A stretch of DNA of 56,685 nt from a bacterium (GTDB lineage Bacteria > Verrucomicrobiota > Kiritimatiellia > RFP12 > UBA1067): NCBI GenBank assembly GCA_037141675.1, contig JBAXCC010000001.1, positions 1-56,685 of the forward strand, read 5' to 3'. Of this stretch, positions 53,800 to 56,685 are shown in pieces. Positions within the stretch are counted from its first letter, which is position 1. Every line of letters begins with the position of its first letter. The position numbers and the translations under genes are program-made. Under the pieces are notes generated by a model that ran no database searches, was not told the origin of the DNA, and worked only from the letters and a program-made list of their open reading frames with translations.

Positions 53800-56667
53800 A
53801 TGCAGCAATCGATTAGGTTTTCAATCAATATTTTTGCCTTGTTGACATTGTCATTTGTCTGCTGGGATGTGAGAGCAGAGACAGTCCTCGAACGCGACTG
53901 GATGCGCCAGTTGGAAAAGCGCTTTGGTGCTGCAGAGAAGCCCGGAGCGGCAGTCACGCCTGCACAGGACGCCTCCCATGCGGTGGATGGCAAGACAGAT
54001 GAGCCCTGGGGGTTTCATACGGAGTTGGAGGAGAATCCCTGGTGGCAAGTTGACTTGGGTGAAACCAGAAAAATTGATCGCGTTGTCATTCACAATCGCG
54101 GCGATGCACACCAGGAACGCGCCAGTCGTCTGAAGATGCTTGTCTCGATAGACGGCAAAACATTCGAAGATCTCTTCCAGAACACGGGGAAATCTTTCGG
54201 TACTGGAGAAACGGCGCTCTCTATTCCCTGTGCAGATAAAGAGGCTCGCACGATCCGTCTCCAATTGCCTGGTAAAACCTATTTCCATTTGAATGAAGTA
54301 CAAGTCTTTGCTGTTGGAAGCACGAACAATCTTGCTCTCAAAAAACCTGCGACGCAGTCGAGCGTGTCGCAATGGTCAAAGGCTTCGCCTGACTCTGAAA
54401 AAGTCAGTCCAGTGCCCTTATTGAAGGCCGCGTCAAAAAAGGAACTTGAACGCGGGCAGGCTTTGGCAAAGGAGTTTGCGCTGTTGGGCAAGGATAAATC
54501 TGGTGCACCTGCGGCGGCAAAAAAATATGAGGATACGATCGCGGCATTCTTGGTGCCGGCAACGGACGAGATGGCTGCTTGGAAAAGCTATTATTTCGGG
54601 GTGCGAACGGCCGTTCGCGAGTTATGCATGGCGAATCCACTTTTGGATTTTGATAAACTGCTTGTCACGAAGCTCATAGAGCCAGGCTGGATATATCATA
54701 TGTCTGACCAATATTATGGATGGTGGTCAAGACCAGGAGGAGGCATATATATCCTCGAAGATTTCAAGAGTGGTTCTCCTAAGGAGACCTGTCTCACATC
54801 GTCGTTTGCGCCTGGGTGTTTTCAACGTCCGACACTCTCCTATGATGCCAAGAAAATACTCTTTGCGTATTGTAAATTTTACGAGAGTCTTGCTCAGAAT
54901 CCAAACAAAATTGATAAACCAAATATGCCGGAGGATTCGTATTATCACCTGTTCGAAATGAACGTGGATGGCTCAGGGCTGAAGCAGTTGACATGGGGCA
55001 AGTATAATGATTTTGACGGGCGCTATTTGCCGGACGGACGCATTGTCTTTCTCTCAACGCGACGCGGCCATGCCATCCAATACACACAGAAGCACGTCGA
55101 TGCTACACAAAAGGACAAGGAGTTGCCAGAGTCTTATGTACGCTGCGGAGGTGTCACTCGTCGTCCTGTAGCGGTCTACACGCTGCATACGATGGCCGCA
55201 GATGGTTCTGCCATGAAGACCATCTCGCCCTTTGAGATGTTTGAGTGGACGCCGGCTGTTGCCAATGATGGACGCATTATCTATGCGCGTTGGGATTATG
55301 TGGATCGCAGCAATCAGCCCTACATGGGATTGTGGAGCACGAATCCAGATGGGACTAATCCATCACACGTCTTTAAAAATTACACGGAGAGTCCGAATAC
55401 CGTCTTTGAGGCGGTTTCTATTCCGAATTCGCGGAAGTTTGTCTTCACAGGAGGCGCCCATCACGCGAACACAGGAGGGAGCCTAGTTTTGTTGGATCTG
55501 TCGGCTGGGGAAGATGGCCCAGCGCCGATGACTCGCCTGACGCCTGAAGTGCCTTTCCCTGAGACAGAGACGAAACCTCGTGACAAGCGTTATCTCACAC
55601 ATTACTACGCATCACCGTGGCCCTTGTCGGAGACGACCTTCCTGACGGCATGGAGCTGGGAGGGGTTGGTTTCTCATTTTCAACAGAGTCCTGGAAACGG
55701 TATGGGCGTATATTATTACGACGTGCATGGTAATCTGGAGCTCCTGTGTGTGGATGAAGCGTATCAGGTTCAGCATCCCATACCCTTGCGTGCTCGTCCT
55801 GTGCCTCCGATTATTCAGAGCCAGTTACCAGCCAATGCTCCGCTGAAAGGAACATTCATGTTGTCGGACGTATATAACAGCCGTCAGAAATTCCCTGACG
55901 GGAGCAAGATCACGCACCTTCGACTTGTTGCTGTTCCGCCGAAGACGCATCCGAGGATGAATTCCCCAGAAATTGGACTCACGCATGATGACCCTGGAAA
56001 ATGTGTACTTGGAACCGTGCCTGTCGAGAAGGATGGGTCGGCCTACTTTGAAGCCCCCTCCAATATGACGCTCTTCTTCCAGGCGCTCAACGAGGAGGGC
56101 CTTGTTATCCAGACCATGCGCAGCGCGTCCTATCTTCAACCTGGAAATGTGCTCTCCTGCAATGGTTGCCACGAGGAACGTCATGCAGCCCAGCAGCCCA
56201 TGCTCAAGACCACGCTTGCTTCACAGCGTGCGCCATCGAAAATCACTCCAGAATGTGAAGGAAGCGCGCCCTTCCGCTTTGACCGTCTGGTTTTCCCTGT
56301 ACTGAAGAACACGTGTGTCGCTTGTCATACCGGTAAGGAAAAAGAAAAGTTTGCGTTTTCGCCAGAGCCTTACAAAGCTTGGCAACAATTGACGAAGGCC
56401 GGCAAACCTTCCATAGCCGAATTGGTCTCGCATCAATATCGCTCAATGCCATACTCCACCCCCGGAGAAAACATCGCTACTAAAGCGTCATTGACGCGTC
56501 ATCTACGTGACTTGAAAAAAGAGAAGAAGATCTCGGAAGAAGATTATCGCCGTCTCCTCCTCTGGATGGACATCTATGGGCACTATTTAGGCTCATTCTC
56601 AGAGGAGCAGGAAAAAGAACAAATCGAATTGCTGAAAAACATGGATGTTATCCAGCATTCGACATAG
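53800..56667 (+). CDS. Exported F5/8-type-C (discoidin) + TolB-like beta-propeller + dihaem c-type cytochrome protein (HzsA-like paralogue 3)
   Basis: AGGAG RBS 6 nt upstream and signal MQQSIRFSINIFALLTLSFVCWDVRA. Discoidin-like AVDGKTDEPWGFHTELEENPWWQVDLGETRKIDRVVIHNR...FHLNEVQVFAV, plus YARWDYVDRS. CxxCH at 56158-56172 (CNGCH) and 56314-56328 (CVACH). Confidence 0.7.
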   Translation: MQQSIRFSINIFALLTLSFVCWDVRAETVLERDWMRQLEKRFGAAEKPGAAVTPAQDASHAVDGKTDEPWGFHTELEENPWWQVDLGETRKIDRVVIHNRGDAHQERASRLKMLVSIDGKTFEDLFQNTGKSFGTGETALSIPCADKEARTIRLQLPGKTYFHLNEVQVFAVGSTNNLALKKPATQSSVSQWSKASPDSEKVSPVPLLKAASKKELERGQALAKEFALLGKDKSGAPAAAKKYEDTIAAFLVPATDEMAAWKSYYFGVRTAVRELCMANPLLDFDKLLVTKLIEPGWIYHMSDQYYGWWSRPGGGIYILEDFKSGSPKETCLTSSFAPGCFQRPTLSYDAKKILFAYCKFYESLAQNPNKIDKPNMPEDSYYHLFEMNVDGSGLKQLTWGKYNDFDGRYLPDGRIVFLSTRRGHAIQYTQKHVDATQKDKELPESYVRCGGVTRRPVAVYTLHTMAADGSAMKTISPFEMFEWTPAVANDGRIIYARWDYVDRSNQPYMGLWSTNPDGTNPSHVFKNYTESPNTVFEAVSIPNSRKFVFTGGAHHANTGGSLVLLDLSAGEDGPAPMTRLTPEVPFPETETKPRDKRYLTHYYASPWPLSETTFLTAWSWEGLVSHFQQSPGNGMGVYYYDVHGNLELLCVDEAYQVQHPIPLRARPVPPIIQSQLPANAPLKGTFMLSDVYNSRQKFPDGSKITHLRLVAVPPKTHPRMNSPEIGLTHDDPGKCVLGTVPVEKDGSAYFEAPSNMTLFFQALNEEGLVIQTMRSASYLQPGNVLSCNGCHEERHAAQQPMLKTTLASQRAPSKITPECEGSAPFRFDRLVFPVLKNTCVACHTGKEKEKFAFSPEPYKAWQQLTKAGKPSIAELVSHQYRSMPYSTPGENIATKASLTRHLRDLKKEKKISEEDYRRLLLWMDIYGHYLGSFSEEQEKEQIELLKNMDVIQHST

Positions 56668-56685
56668 GATCGCCCCAGTTTTATT

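Noticed and set aside
47472-56667. Interpreting the HzsA-like genes as an anammox hydrazine synthase locus
   Set aside because: No hzsB/hzsC-like partners, hydrazine dehydrogenase or other anammox genes are present. The proteins carry lectin-like modules and sit beside sulfatases, so only the fold, not the function, is likely shared.

Overview
56.7-kb chromosomal segment with about 44 protein-coding genes. I recognised no rRNA, tRNA, CRISPR array, transposase or integrase. The gene content (two formylglycine-type sulfatases, three HzsA-like dihaem beta-propeller proteins, TPR lipoproteins, Rnf) suggests a PVC-superphylum bacterium; this is inference only. Layout: 0.3-1.7 kb (minus) holds a translationally coupled Cys-rich protein plus a zinc-ribbon/wHTH/Rossmannoid protein. 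1.9-8.3 kb (minus) is one long operon: DD-carboxypeptidase, Nif3, ABC-2 exporter, exported phosphodiesterase, Tat-signal TrmO-like protein. 8.4-20.2 kb carries aspartate-family and sulfur amino-acid biosynthesis (hom, aspartate kinase, cimA, leuCD, metX-metW fusion, cysE), with an orphan parA coupled to leuD. 20.3-24.3 kb carries a Trx-like protein, ruvB, cvpA, a TPR lipoprotein and a YpsA/SLOG-like protein. 24.4-31.0 kb carries a TetR regulator plus a tripartite RND efflux pump. 31.4-37.8 kb carries a sulfatase, a fused E1 alpha/beta 2-oxoacid dehydrogenase, a DeoR regulator and a URO-D-like protein. 37.9-56.7 kb is one co-directional array: rnfABC (no rnfDGE), a 1087-aa GT-C-like/TPR membrane protein, a PQQ-like propeller, a sulfatase, then three paralogous ~1000-aa exported proteins. 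Each paralogue combines a different lectin-like N-terminal module (LamG, NPCBM, F5/8 type C) with a TolB-like propeller and two CxxCH haem motifs. This last block is my best candidate for an uncharacterised extracytoplasmic system. Several intergenic short-period (7-8 nt) degenerate repeat arrays and long imperfect palindromes are also present.
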